Source: Ginkgo biloba (Eukaryota > Plantae > Ginkgophyta). Taken from it: a stretch of 21,127 nucleotides of DNA. The translations under genes were made by a program, and so were the position numbers. The stretch lies in the NCBI GenBank assembly GCA_024626585.2, contig JANKJI020000004.1, positions 38,207,235 through 38,228,361 of the forward strand, read 5' to 3'. The notes under the pieces were generated by a model that searched no databases, had not been told where the DNA came from, and worked only from the letters and a program-made list of their open reading frames with translations. Positions 9,762 to 21,127 of this stretch are shown here, piece after piece. The first letter of the stretch is position 1. Each line of letters begins with the position of its first letter.

Positions 9762-10410
9762 CTTGTCTTAATGCAAATATTACGGGAAATGGTAGGGCTG
9801 TCGAAGTTTTTCTTCCCTTCCTTCAATAAACGCACTGACCAGCTCAAATTTCAATCTTTAACAATCTGCGCATCGCAAGACGTCGTAGTGCCAAAATACA
9901 CGTGCAAAAAAGCTTAAATCGAGCAGTATTCGACCCTGTTTTCTATAAATCTTTCTTCTGGATCAAAAGCATATCATCCTGCATGGTTTTCGACCAAATT
10001 TCCCTGTTTTCGACCGAAATCGTCGATTATGTACCGATTTCGATTAGAAATCCGCCCGAATTTGCAGGTTTAGCAGACGTCAACAGACACCCGAGGACGA
10101 TATGAGGTCAAATTCAAGAGTTTCGGGGGGCAGATATGGGACAAAACGTATTGTTAGGCGAAGGGTTTCATCAGCAGCAACAGCAGAGAAACTCTCGCAT
10201 TGGTCTTCGAAAAAATGGAAAATAAGCGGGCAAACCACAAACAGTTTCCAAACTGGTGGCAAAAGAGTCGTCCTCTGAGTCGAATTGTCTGGCAATTTAA
10301 GAGCAGAGCCGGCCTGCTAAACGGGTGCCAATCGGGTGGCAAACCCGATGCCAATTCAAAACTTTCAAATTGCAGATTACAATATACAATCTCAGTTTAA
10401 ATTATATTAA
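9762..10410 (-). promoter_or_regulatory. CpG-rich 5' UTR / proximal promoter of the ARL1-like gene
   Basis: Directly upstream of the ATG; CG dinucleotides are visibly dense here and scarce elsewhere; CACGTG at 9899-9904; AT-rich TATA-like tract near 10380-10410. The transcription start cannot be determined. Confidence 0.6.
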
Positions 10411-11547
10411 CCGGAAGTATCACAATGAGGTGTTTAATGTATTTAACTTGGAAACTAAGGGATAGACATGTGTCGAGACCTATCCCTAACCCCACCATGG
10501 CCTGCATACGTGTCAAAGCTTTTGAATATACTTAGTCAAACACAAAAGCTGAAATTATGAGTTGTTTAAAGGGGATATTCATCTTCCCATCCTCTTTGCC
10601 ATAAGTAGGTTGTGGGATTTTAAAATTTAACTACCATTTGAAGGAGAGCACAAAATCTTAATCCATGATCTTCTTTGTGGANNNNNNNNNNNNNNNNNNN
10701 NNNNNNNNNNNNNNNNNNNNNNNNNNNNNNNNNNNNNNNNNNNNNNNNNNNNNNNNNNNNNNNNNNNNNNNNNNNNNNNNNNNNNNNNNNNNNNNNTATG
10801 GTTATAACAAACCTCCATGTGAAAATTTTGGTCCTCACTCTTTTATTAGCACATAAAGGATTAATTTTTGGGTAAAGCTAAGTCATGCTTCCTTGAGAAT
10901 CTAACAAGTGGCCCCACAAGCCTTGGGTCGTGAGTCAAAATCCAATCAATCATCTTAAGATGTGTTAGAGTGGACCCCAAGGATAAAAATAAGTATGCCT
11001 TTGTTATTTGAGCAAAGGTTGTATAGTTGAAACATATTAAGGCACATCATCTACATTTTAAAAATCAAAATTAACAACACAAAGCAAGTTAAAAATAAAC
11101 TACTTAAACACATCAAGATAATTTATAATTATTGTTGTCATTGTGATAACCTGCGGACATTTTATGTGTATAGCATACAAAAGGCAACGGTATTTTAAGT
11201 ATTGGTTGTTAAAGGAAATCTAAAGTTGTCAATTATGAATGTAATGAAAGCAAGCATGTTGTAATGAGGGTGTTCAATCTATATTATGTGAGAAAGAATC
11301 CCAACCTATGATGGTGGATTAGGTATAAGCATCACTCGAGAAGTTGGTAGCAAGTAAAATAATTTAGTTGCCCATCAGGTCAGTATGAATGTGAATATTT
11401 AAAGATGTTGCATGTTCATAAAATGGTCTCTTATACATAAAGACATTNNNNNNNNNNNNNNNNNNNNNNNNNNNNNNNNNNNNNNNNNNNNNNNNNNNNN
11501 NNNNNNNNNNNNNNNNNNNNNNNNNNNNNNNNNNNNNNNNNNNNNNN

Positions 11548-11834
11548 TTATGTCCTCTTGCATGTAAGTGCATGTAAGCCACTTGTCTCACATGCATCCT
11601 ATCTCTTCTTGTGTTCTCTATTATATATATTACCATGTAAACCCTTTGGGGTACCATGAATATTGAGCTATTATATATTGGGAGGATTTCACCCTCGAAG
11701 TGGATAGCTATTGAGATTCAACCTATTGTGTTTTGAGTAATTATTGTATGTGAGTGATCTTGTGTCTTGGATTGGATAAGAGGTTTGTTACAGTAGTGCA
11801 TACCCTTCTAGTTCATTTCCATAATGGTGTCAAG
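11548..11834 (+). mobile_element. Possible LTR 3' portion with a degenerate PBS
   Basis: TATA-like ATTATATATA, then a T/G-rich tract ending ...TTTCCA (11821) followed by TGGTGTCAAG (11825-11834), a weak match to the tRNA-Met PBS. Confidence 0.3.
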
Positions 11835-14800
11835 TAATGATATCAAAGATGCGATGGAGACCAAAGATCTAGGCGTTGAAATCTCCAATGTTGAGTTCGT
11901 AGAGGTGCAAAGTAGAGTGAATTGTTTGGAGGCAGAAGTTGCTACTAAAAAATCATTTAATAGATCACAAGGGGAGAATGTCAAACCTCTAGTGGACCTG
12001 ATCAAGAGAATTTCACTTAAGCTGGATGAGCTAAAAAGTCAATCTCAGACGGCCAACTCAGCCACTAAGAAATGGTTATCAAGGACGGTCATTAAGGAAG
12101 ACATTAGAGAATTACGATAAAAATTTAAAGATAACTCTAACGATGAAGATTTGCAACCCTCTTAGTGGAGAGAAGACTCAGAAGAACTTTTAATCGATTT
12201 AGATTAATACCTCCTTTTGTTATATTTAGTTTAGATACTTTCTTTCTAGCATGGTTGCTACTTGTTGGGTAGCTAGTTTTGTACAGAGTTGTATTTCTCT
12301 TTTGCCTCAAACTGCATCAATCATTTAAGAAGATGTACTAACTAGTTTAATCCTTTCAAGATCACTGAGTTTTTTGGTTTTAGATCCTCTGTGATGTTTT
12401 GTAACGTTTGTATTATATTTTAATATGTATTTTCCCTTTAAAAAAAAAGATTATTATTGATATAATAATAGCATTAATAATATTAACAAAAAGTAATAGA
12501 ATTCTCATTCTTATTATTATGAAAGGTTGAATACTTTCATTTATTTAAATTCAATATTTTTTGTCTTTAGACTTGATACTTTAGTCTACTAAAGCATTAC
12601 CTTCTTAAGTGGCCTAAGAGAACACCCTTCTCAAAATGGCCATATACATTAATTAACCTCCTTAATTATATTAACATATTATCAATGTATGTAAAAATAT
12701 TTCCCTTAACTAAACTATGAAATATTTAGGTTAATTATAAGAGATATCGAATCTCAAGATCTATAATTGTGAAAGGAATAAGGGGTAAAAAAATTAGAAC
12801 ATCATCCCACCATACTAGCCACATTATGCTTTATAGTGTATGATAGGTTAAGGATGCATGGATCATCCTTATGTAAAAGGGGTTCATTCTAATATTTGAT
12901 TAATTAAATATAAAATAAGAGAAATTTAAGGAAATGACTAATGAGATTTCTCANNNNNNNNNNNNNNNNNNNNNNNNNNNNNNNNNNNNNNNNNNNNNNN
13001 NNNNNNNNNNNNNNNNNNNNNNNNTTGGCTTTTGTTAAAAGTTCTTGCTACACATAGTGTGCTAATTATCTACTTAAGCACATACACATGCAAAGCTAAG
13101 TCACACAAATAAGAAAATAATTACATACAAGTGTGATGTCTTTTTCGAACATTAAAGGTTTTTTAATAAGGAAAGAATCTCTAATAACTAACATATTACA
13201 AAATGAATAACAAAAAAAATCACAAAACTATAAATGTCTCTTTAAGATAAATCTGATTACACAATCTATTTGCAAACGCTTGCATACATGTATGATAAAA
13301 GTAACTTTGTGGATTGCCAATAGGCCACAAAACTTCCGTAATTAAAGTTCTTTCTAATTAATCAATCTTCCATAATAGTAAGTAGTAAAAGACTTGATGT
13401 ACTTTCTTGGTAGGAGGCTGAAGAAATGACCTTCAGAAAGTGTGAAAGCGTATGGATAATAAATCCAAGGGGATAATCAACTTTGTAACCTTCCACAACA
13501 TTATTATACCATNNNNNNNNNNNNNNNNNNNNNNNNNNNNNNNNNNNNNNNNNNNNNNNNNNNNNNNNNNNNNNNNNNNNNNNNNNNNNNNNNNNNNNNN
13601 NNNNNNNNNNNNACATGAATGAGCTCTACAAAAAGTGGTAACATTTCAAATAAGAGAAAAATCACATAGTGGAGCAAGATGCATTCCATGAGATTACAAT
13701 CAATTGCACATAGAGGAAGTTAAATACAAGATAATTTTGAAGTTTGTTAGAGGATTTTATTTTAGTATTTAATGAGAGTTTGATTTATTTGAGTTTGATA
13801 CTTTCTATAAAGCTTTAACTTTATATTAAAAGCGAGGTAAGGAGTTAATATAAACATGTCCCAAAATAAGAGACAAAGAAGGAATTTAGAAAGCTTAAGA
13901 TAATACTAATTATTCCAAGGGTTTGAGTGGTAATTCTCCTAAATATTTTTGTAACCATTAGAAAGGTAAGGGACATTTGAAATAAAGTTGTAGGGTAGAG
14001 AAAAAATCTCACTCTTTATTTCACAAAAAGGCCCAAAGTTGTTTTAATAAATGTGATGAATTATTAGAGTTGAAGATAAACAATGCCTAATTGAAGGTTA
14101 ATCCATAGTAAAACAAACTATTCCATACCAAGATCAAATAAAAAAGTAAGTAACATCAATTATAATCAATATAAATAGTCAAAAGAGATTTATTTTAGAC
14201 TCTTTGGTTACTTCTCTAAGCCTTATGACCATTCTACATCATAAGTCATATGAACTTAAATGGATTAATGTGAAATATATAATTATGGTAACTTAGCAAT
14301 GCAAGGTAATATTTACATTTATCTATTTATAATAATGTTATTACATGACATAATTCCCATAGATTTTACAAGTATATTGCCTAGAATTCCATACTTATAT
14401 GATTAAGATGTAATCTACTAAAGAGGAAGAAAATAGTATAGATCGATAAAGGGAAGACAAAGTTATCTTGTCAAATTTATACCAAGCAAAGAAATACTCT
14501 CTTACTATATTAAATAGAGGATGAGATTTTTTTCCAATTTACAAGTGGGATAAATATGTTAACTATCAAATTCAAGGCATTACCTAAGGTATCTTTTGCA
14601 CTACAACAAAATAGGATAATATGCACCCTATTTGCTAAAAGGTGAAATAATACATAGTAAGGGAAGTAGACATTATGGGGATAATTTTTTTGATGTGCAT
14701 TTTTGTCCAAATGTATCCAAACTCAACCCCCTATGCAAACTTACAAGAAATCCAATGCTAGTCATGAAAATACTTTTTCTTGGATTATGGATTGACGAAA

Positions 14801-16199
14801 GTAACATAAACCTACTTGTGAATCTCTTGAAGATACTACATAAATGATTTAGCTCTATCCTATTGATGTACCCACTTGGTGTTGGAGGATTTGTTATCAA
14901 CATGTAACATAAATAATTTTGNNNNNNNNNNNNNNNNNNNNNNNNNNNNNNNNNNNNNNNNNNNNNNNNNNNNNNNNNNNNNNNNNNNNNNNNNNNNNNN
15001 NNNNNNNNNNNNNNNNNNNNNAAAAATGGTCACTATGAGATATCAAAAATCATACGTGATAACAATTACCCTAATATAAACTCTTTTTTTGCCACATAAT
15101 TTGTAAATTACAAACTTTTTTGCATCCTTTTATATTACTAAAAAAACATTTTTTAATGGCAAAAACGTGGCTATTAACAATCCTTTTTGTGACACTAATC
15201 ACAAAAGGGAGAACATTGCCTTTCTTTTACCANNNNNNNNNNNNNNNNATAACATTTGAAATTTGAATTTTTGTGGGAAATGGGTGGCAAATGTTGACCC
15301 TATTTGTATATTTTACAGGGAAAAAAATAAAATAAACCCCATAGGAGATCCCTCTTTTGGAAAATATTTTTTGGTGATAAATGACATAAAATAATTATAG
15401 ATTGTAATAAGAAATAATAATGTTATGAATTATACATATCGTACCTTTAGATAGTTTTAAACTATCTTTTTTATTAACACTAAAATAAAAATATTAAGTA
15501 CAAAAGTAGGGCTATAATTACCCATGTAGTTTATCCAAAGTGCATATAAGTTACTATTGCTTGACATCCTAAGATAGTCCCTTATATAAATTTGCATTCC
15601 AAATATTCCTATAGATTTTTATGTATCAACATATGTATTAAAATAAAAAGTGGAATTTATGGTCAACTAGGTGATCCTAATATTTCTTACATTATCACTT
15701 TTGTTATAATATTTGCACTAGGATATTCCATCAAGAGTAGTACCCCAGAACCCAAAATTGTTACCCATTGTCATCTAATATGTGAAACATAATAAGGAAT
15801 GCTCTACTTTATCTCCAAGATAATTANNNNNNNNNNTTTCAACCATCTTAAGACGGTGGTGTTAGATCCTCAATTTCTCAATCTCTTGGTGTAAGGTCAT
15901 ATGGTTGGAGCAATGATGGTGGATTAACTTACTCTCTTGATGGTTATTATTTTCACCTTAATACTTTATTATAAAGGCCTATGACTCAACCAAAATTTTA
16001 TTAAATTAAATAGACTCAATATGTTATAAAATTATCTAATTTAAAATTATAAAAAAGGTAATGTCCTCATGTTCATTANNNNNNNNNNNNNNNNNNNNNN
16101 NNNNNNNNNNNNNNNNNNNNNNNNNNNNNNNNNNNNNNNNNNNNNNNNNNNNNNNNNNNNNNNNNNNNNNNNNNNNNNAGGTGTTATTTAGTAAAAAGC

Positions 16200-17045
16200 C
16201 TCTTTTCATTAAGGTCCTTAATTTTGGCTAATTGAAAGGCTTTTAATATTTTCTTATCAATAAAATCTCTTATTAAAATTCTTAAGTATGGAATTTCAAT
16301 CTCAAGGGGAAGAAATTCTTCTATCTTGTATACTAGAGAATATGAGGTCATTCATGTAGCAGTGTCTACTATGATACGATATTCCTATAATGTAGGAAGG
16401 ATATTTAGATGCTAATCTTGATGGGACTAATTTATAATTATTTTTAAAATATTGAACATAGTCCTATTTAAACCTTAACCTTGGTTATTCATTATAGGGT
16501 AGTAAGGTGAGGAGGTTCCATTTATGATTTTGAATTTATGGTAGAATTTTTCCATGTGATGTTATAAAAATACCTACCATTATCTATGATGATCATATTT
16601 GTAATACCAAATCAATATATAATTTGATTGAAGGAAAACATGGAAATAATATGTCCATTAGTGTGGCTTAATCAAATGGATTCTACCCATTTGGTAAAAT
16701 AACTAATGGTAATTAGGATAAATTTATGTAGATTTGAGGATGGAGGTCTTATTGTACTCATGAGGTCAAAGCCCCATTTTAGAAAGGCCAAGGGTTTAAA
16801 ATTAACCAAAGATATTCTATTAGAGTGTGATATAGATTGGAATGCTCTTGGCATTTATGATATCTATACATATGATTATAGAAACAAAATATACATTTAG
16901 ACAATAATAGCCCATTCGTAAGATTTTGAGAGCAATGGGTTATCCACTAAAATCTCCTCCATAGATGATCTTATGAGTTTCATAAAGAACAATTTGGGTC
17001 TCAATGGGATCAACATATCGTAAAAGGATACCATCAAATAACCAT
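16200..17045 (-). pseudogene. Gypsy integrase remnant
   Basis: LRYVDPIETQIVLYETH...IALKILRMGYY (zinc-finger region); FLKWGFDLMSTIRPPSSNLHKFILITISYFTKWVESI (ORF 16672-16854, catalytic core start); SSPYYP; YSLVY..EEFLPLEIEIPYLRI. Confidence 0.92.
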
Positions 17046-17460
17046 NNNNNNNNNNNNNNNNNNNNNNNAACTTTGGCTTGAATATTCTTTCTTTGTTTAG
17101 GGGTTGTGGTATTCAAATACCTTTGAATTTTAAGATAGATAATAATGTCTTTATACCATTTTTTCTCGATAATGTCCTAGCGATTAATATGAAGGATAAT
17201 CTAGTTAGGAAGGCTATCATCAATTAGTTCCTATTTATGATTTGGAAGTGGTGCTTGGACCAATTATTCAATAATAATCATTCCTTGGATTCTTACTTAA
17301 TTATTTTGAGGTTATATTGTTGTAGAAGAATGACCCACTTCTTGACATGACTAACATGATNNNNNNNNNNNNNNNNNNNNNNNNNNNNNNNNNNNNNNNN
17401 NNNNNNNNNNNNNNNNNNNNNNNNNNNNNNNNNNNNNNNNNNNNNNNNNNNNNNNNNNNN

Positions 17461-17830
17461 AGATAGGTAGATTGTGCATGTTTCTTTTTGTTCTGCATTT
17501 CTCTAGATTTATACAGAATTGATTCTTTTACTTTGAAGGCATAACGCTAGTCTAGAAAGATAGTTTTCCTTTCCTTGTTCCATTTCTTGAATAGAAGTTT
17601 TAGCACCTTCTAAGTTCTTTTGATGAAGAAGGATAACTACCTCCTTTCCATCATAAGATTACAAACCATGGTTGATAATTAATGGTTAATTGTTGAAAAA
17701 TAACCCACCATTTTGGCGTCATTACCAGGGATGGTGAAGGCATTAAAAGAATATCAGAAGACACTGAATGAGCACCTGGATGGAGTAAATTCTTGCAAAT
17801 CCTAATACCCTACATATTAAAGATAGGATA
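17461..17830 (+). mobile_element. Second LTR-element fragment (LTR 3' end plus Athila-type PBS) lying antisense within the gypsy pol
   Basis: ...CCCACCA (17710) TTT TGGCGTCATTACCAGGGA (17714-17731) differs from the Athila-type PBS TGGCGCCGTTGCCGGGGA by four C>T/G>A transitions. It sits where the host RNase H core is expected. Confidence 0.6.
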
Positions 17831-17899
17831 TGAAAGAATTTTGAAGCATTGATCTAGAGAAGATCCTTAAAAACTTGAGATAAAGAGTTATACTAAGAA

Positions 17900-18605
17900 A
17901 ATTTTCATCTACTTAAATGACATATTAGTTTCATTAGTCCATTCAAAAGGTGTATCTTTCTTAAGAAGATTTGTTAATAGTTTAACTTTGAATGTAAAAT
18001 AATCTATGAATATTCTCAAGTATATGAGTTTTATATGGAAGGAGTTGATCTCCTTTTGATTTTTATGAGGGGGAATATAAATGAATTCTTTGACTTTATC
18101 AAAGTTAGGCTTGATGCCTTAGATAAATACCAAATGTCCCAAAAGTTTACTTGTAGAAATAATGAAAATACACTTGAGTGGATTAAGGCTCAAGTGATAT
18201 TTTAATACCTCTTAAATATAGTACTAAGATCATCAAGATTATCCTCATATTTCTTAGACAATCTAATAAGATCATCAATATAGGCTTGGATTGTCTTATT
18301 AATAAGGTAATATAAAATAAAATTCATTACTCATTGGTAAGTAACACCAACATTTCCTAAACCAAATGACTTGACTTTATAAGAAAAAGTACCCCATGGT
18401 GTATTAAAGGATGTCTGATGATGATCTTCCAAAGTGATGAATATCTGATTGTATTTGAAAAAAACCATCCATGAGTGACATTACCTCGAACCTATTCATA
18501 TAGTTGAGGACTTGGTTAATAAAATATAGTAGGAATTATCTTTGGGACAAGATTCGTTAATTATGAAAGTCAATGCAAATTCATAATACACCATTTTTCT
18601 TACTA
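17900..18605 (-). pseudogene. Gypsy reverse transcriptase remnant
   Basis: Across frameshifts: KKNGVL*ICIDF, SCPKDN, SLMDGF, YNQI, EDHHQTSFNTPWGTFSYKVKSFGLGNVGVTYQ, IQAYIDDLI (YIDD at 18282-18271), HLSLNPLKCIF, KLLGHLVS. Confidence 0.92.
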
Positions 18606-19539
18606 ATAGGTATTATATTNNNNNNNNNNNNNNNNNNNNNNNNNNNNNNNNNNNNNNNNNNNNNNNNNNNNNNNNNNNNNNNNNNNNNNNNNNNNNNNNN
18701 NNNNNNNNNNNNNNNNNNNNNNNNNNNNNNNNNNNNNNNNNNNNNNNNNNNNNNNNNNNNNNNNNNNNNNNNNNNNNNNNNNNNNNNNNNNNNNNNNNNN
18801 NNNNNNNNNNNNNNNNNNNNNNNNNNNNNNNNNNNNNNNNNNNNNNNNNNNNNNNNNNNNNNNNNNNNNNNNNNNNNNNNNNNNNNNNNNNNNNNNNNNN
18901 NNNNNNNNNNNNNNNNNNNNNNNNNNNNNNNNNNNNNNNNNNNNNNNNNNNNNNNNNNNNNNNNNNNNNNNNNNNNNNNNNNNNNNNNNNNNNNNNNNNN
19001 NNNNNNNNNNNNNNNNNNNNNNNNNNNNNNNNNNNNNNNNNNNNNNNNNNNNNNNNNNNNNNNNNNNNNNNNNNNNNNNNNNNNNNNNNNNNNNNNNNNN
19101 NNNNNNNNNNNNNNNNNNNNNNNNNNNNNNNNNNNNNNNNNNNNNNNNNNNNNNNNNNNNNNNNNNNNNNNNNNNNNNNNNNNNNNNNNNNNNNNNNNNN
19201 NNNNNNNNNNNNNNNNNNNNNNNNNNNNNNNNNNNNNNNNNNNNNNNNNNNNNNNNNNNNNNNNNNNNNNNNNNNNNNNNNNNNNNNNNNNNNNNNNNNN
19301 NNNNNNNNNNNNNNNNNNNNNNNNNNNNNNNNNNNNNNNNNNNNNNNNNNNNNNNNNNNNNNNNNNNNNNNNNNNNNNNNNNNNNNNNNNNNNNNNNNNN
19401 NNNNNNNNNNNNNNNNNNNNNNNNNNNNNNNNNNNNNNNNNNNNNNNNNNNNNNNNNNNNNNNNNNNNNNNNNNNNNNNNNNNNNNNNNNNNNNNNNNNN
19501 NNNNNNNNNNNNNNNNNNNNNNNNNTAGGAGGTTCTCTA

Positions 19540-19670
19540 AAGGTCATTAATCCATTACTATTTATAAACTAATATTGACATGACATTAATAAAAGACCCC
19601 ATATCAACAATATATCTCTATATAGTAAATTTGACAATTCTGACATGAATGTGGAAAGGACTAGATAAAT
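19540..19670 (-). pseudogene. Retrotransposon aspartic protease remnant
   Basis: PFHIHVRI...RYIVDMGSFINVMS; the catalytic-type DxG(S) is at 19605-19594. Confidence 0.7.
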
Positions 19671-21127
19671 TAGCCTTTCATTATTCATGGACAGGGAGAT
19701 TAGATGGATCAAATAAAAAAATATCATGGAGATAGTAAGGGAGAGTCATTAATAAGGAAGTAAAATATGACTCCCATTGTTCTAGACAACTTTTGAGAAA
19801 ATCCATTAATGACATATTAAACAAAATAGAATATAACTCATCAATAATGGGATAAGATTTCCCTTTGGTTAATTAAAGAAGAGGTATTCTAAAATACACC
19901 ATCATTGGTCGAGTAGATAATGGTTTTTCTATTAATGGTTCTAAATATAGCGGTGATCTTTTAGTTGTGGTAGGAAGAGAAGGGATTTTTAAAGCTTGGA
20001 TAACTTCTTTTTAGTATAAGCTCATGTTGTAATCATTACCTCTTTAGGAGATTTTGATATAGTATTAANNNNNNNNNNNNNNNNNNNNNNNNNNNNNNNN
20101 NNNNNNNNNNNNNNNNNNNNNNNNNNGCCTTCTAAGTGGATGGATGATAATCTAGATCAAGAGGAACCTTATACCCATCTTTGGTTTTCTTACAAATGGA
20201 AAACTTTCTTGATGGGTTTTTGGGTTTTTTTTTCTTATTCTTCTTTTAAAGATAAGGAGGAAGAATATTATAAATCCCTAGTTTGATCTTATTTTTTATT
20301 TGTCTTAGAATCCCTTCCTTCTTATTAATATTATGATCTAGGAAAGGGTCTTGATAACATTTTTGTTCCTAATTCAATTTTGAATTGGTGGACTCAATTT
20401 TAAGAAATCACTTACAAAGGTGCTGCAATGTAAANNNNNNNNNNNNNNNNNNNNNNNNNNNNNNNNNNNNNNNNNNNNNNNNNNNNNNNNNNNGTGGTAT
20501 CTTAAAATTTTTAGAGGAATATTGAAGAGATGGGGGATTTGTATTTTATTCTACCATTAAGATCATTTTAGTTTCCTTTTTAGTGGCATTTGCATTTTTG
20601 TTCTATGATTTATCTGAGGGTGTATTGTTCTTAGTATCATCAATGATAATCCTTTCTAACTATAATGGAAGATGTAATGGGATCTAGGAGTTGATCTTGG
20701 GTCTAAGAAGGTTTTGAATCAATAATCCTATCACTAATAGAGTGTTTGTTCTTAGTGGAAAAAAAATGAGTGGCTAGAGGGCTTAAGAGGTTTTACCCCA
20801 TCTGAGACTTCATAAGCTTTGAGAGTTAAGATTTTTCTTACTACATATTCAAAATATGTGGGGATAGTCTTAAGGACTTATAATGAACTTGAGGCTTAAG
20901 TGTATTCATAAGAATATTATATACCTTATAACCATAGAATGGGGTTTTACAAGAATATACCAACAACAAAAACCTTCAAATAAAATCAAAATTAGTCTTA
21001 TCGTTGGTTTGTTTAAGAGTAATGATTTGAGACCCATGTCATAAGGTTTTGATTCATAAAAATATTAGATGATAAGGTCAACCGATTATTAGAAGGTTGA
21101 AATCAATTTTTTTTGGCAATCAACAAA

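Larger units (their letters stand above)
16180..20750 (-). mobile_element. Decayed Ty3/gypsy LTR retrotransposon, non-chromovirus Tat/Athila type (gag region?-PR-RT-RH-INT)
   Basis: Minus-strand motifs occur in gypsy order: protease, RT, RNase H C-terminus, integrase. There are many stops and frameshifts. The gag region and outer boundaries are inferred from position only. Confidence 0.88.

Noticed and set aside
13138-13500. Possible minus-strand LINE 3' end
   Set aside because: Only a T6 tract and AT-rich sequence; no RT motif or target-site duplication.
18573-19550. Long ORFs of 325 and 314 aa, and other X-rich ORFs (e.g. 5885-6473, 10620-10875, 13362-13689)
   Set aside because: They are open only because they run through N gaps.

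Overview
Eukaryotic plant nuclear DNA from a fragmentary short-read assembly with many N gaps. The repeat content and long repeat-filled intron suggest a large-genome seed plant, possibly a gymnosperm (inference). The left half holds one multi-exon, minus-strand gene for an ARG1-family DnaJ co-chaperone, closest to ARL1/DnaJ16 (ATG 9761, stop 1940). Six exons are visible with canonical GT-AG sites, one cut by a gap. The roughly 160 codons containing the J-domain HPD motif are not in the called bases. The 6.3-kb interval where they should lie is filled with gaps, LTR-like debris, a TRIM-like PBS-PPT unit and local duplications. A CpG-rich island marks the 5' end of the gene. The right half is AT-rich transposon debris: a heavily decayed minus-strand Ty3/gypsy element of Tat/Athila type (PR-RT-RH-INT) with an oppositely oriented LTR-PBS fragment inside it, plus weaker LTR-, LINE- and Helitron-like remnants. 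I found no convincing previously undescribed biological system. The best leads are the missing core exons, the ARG1/ARL1 mosaic signature, the candidate TRIM and the gypsy domain layout. All family comparisons are from memory of consensus sequences, not from searches.
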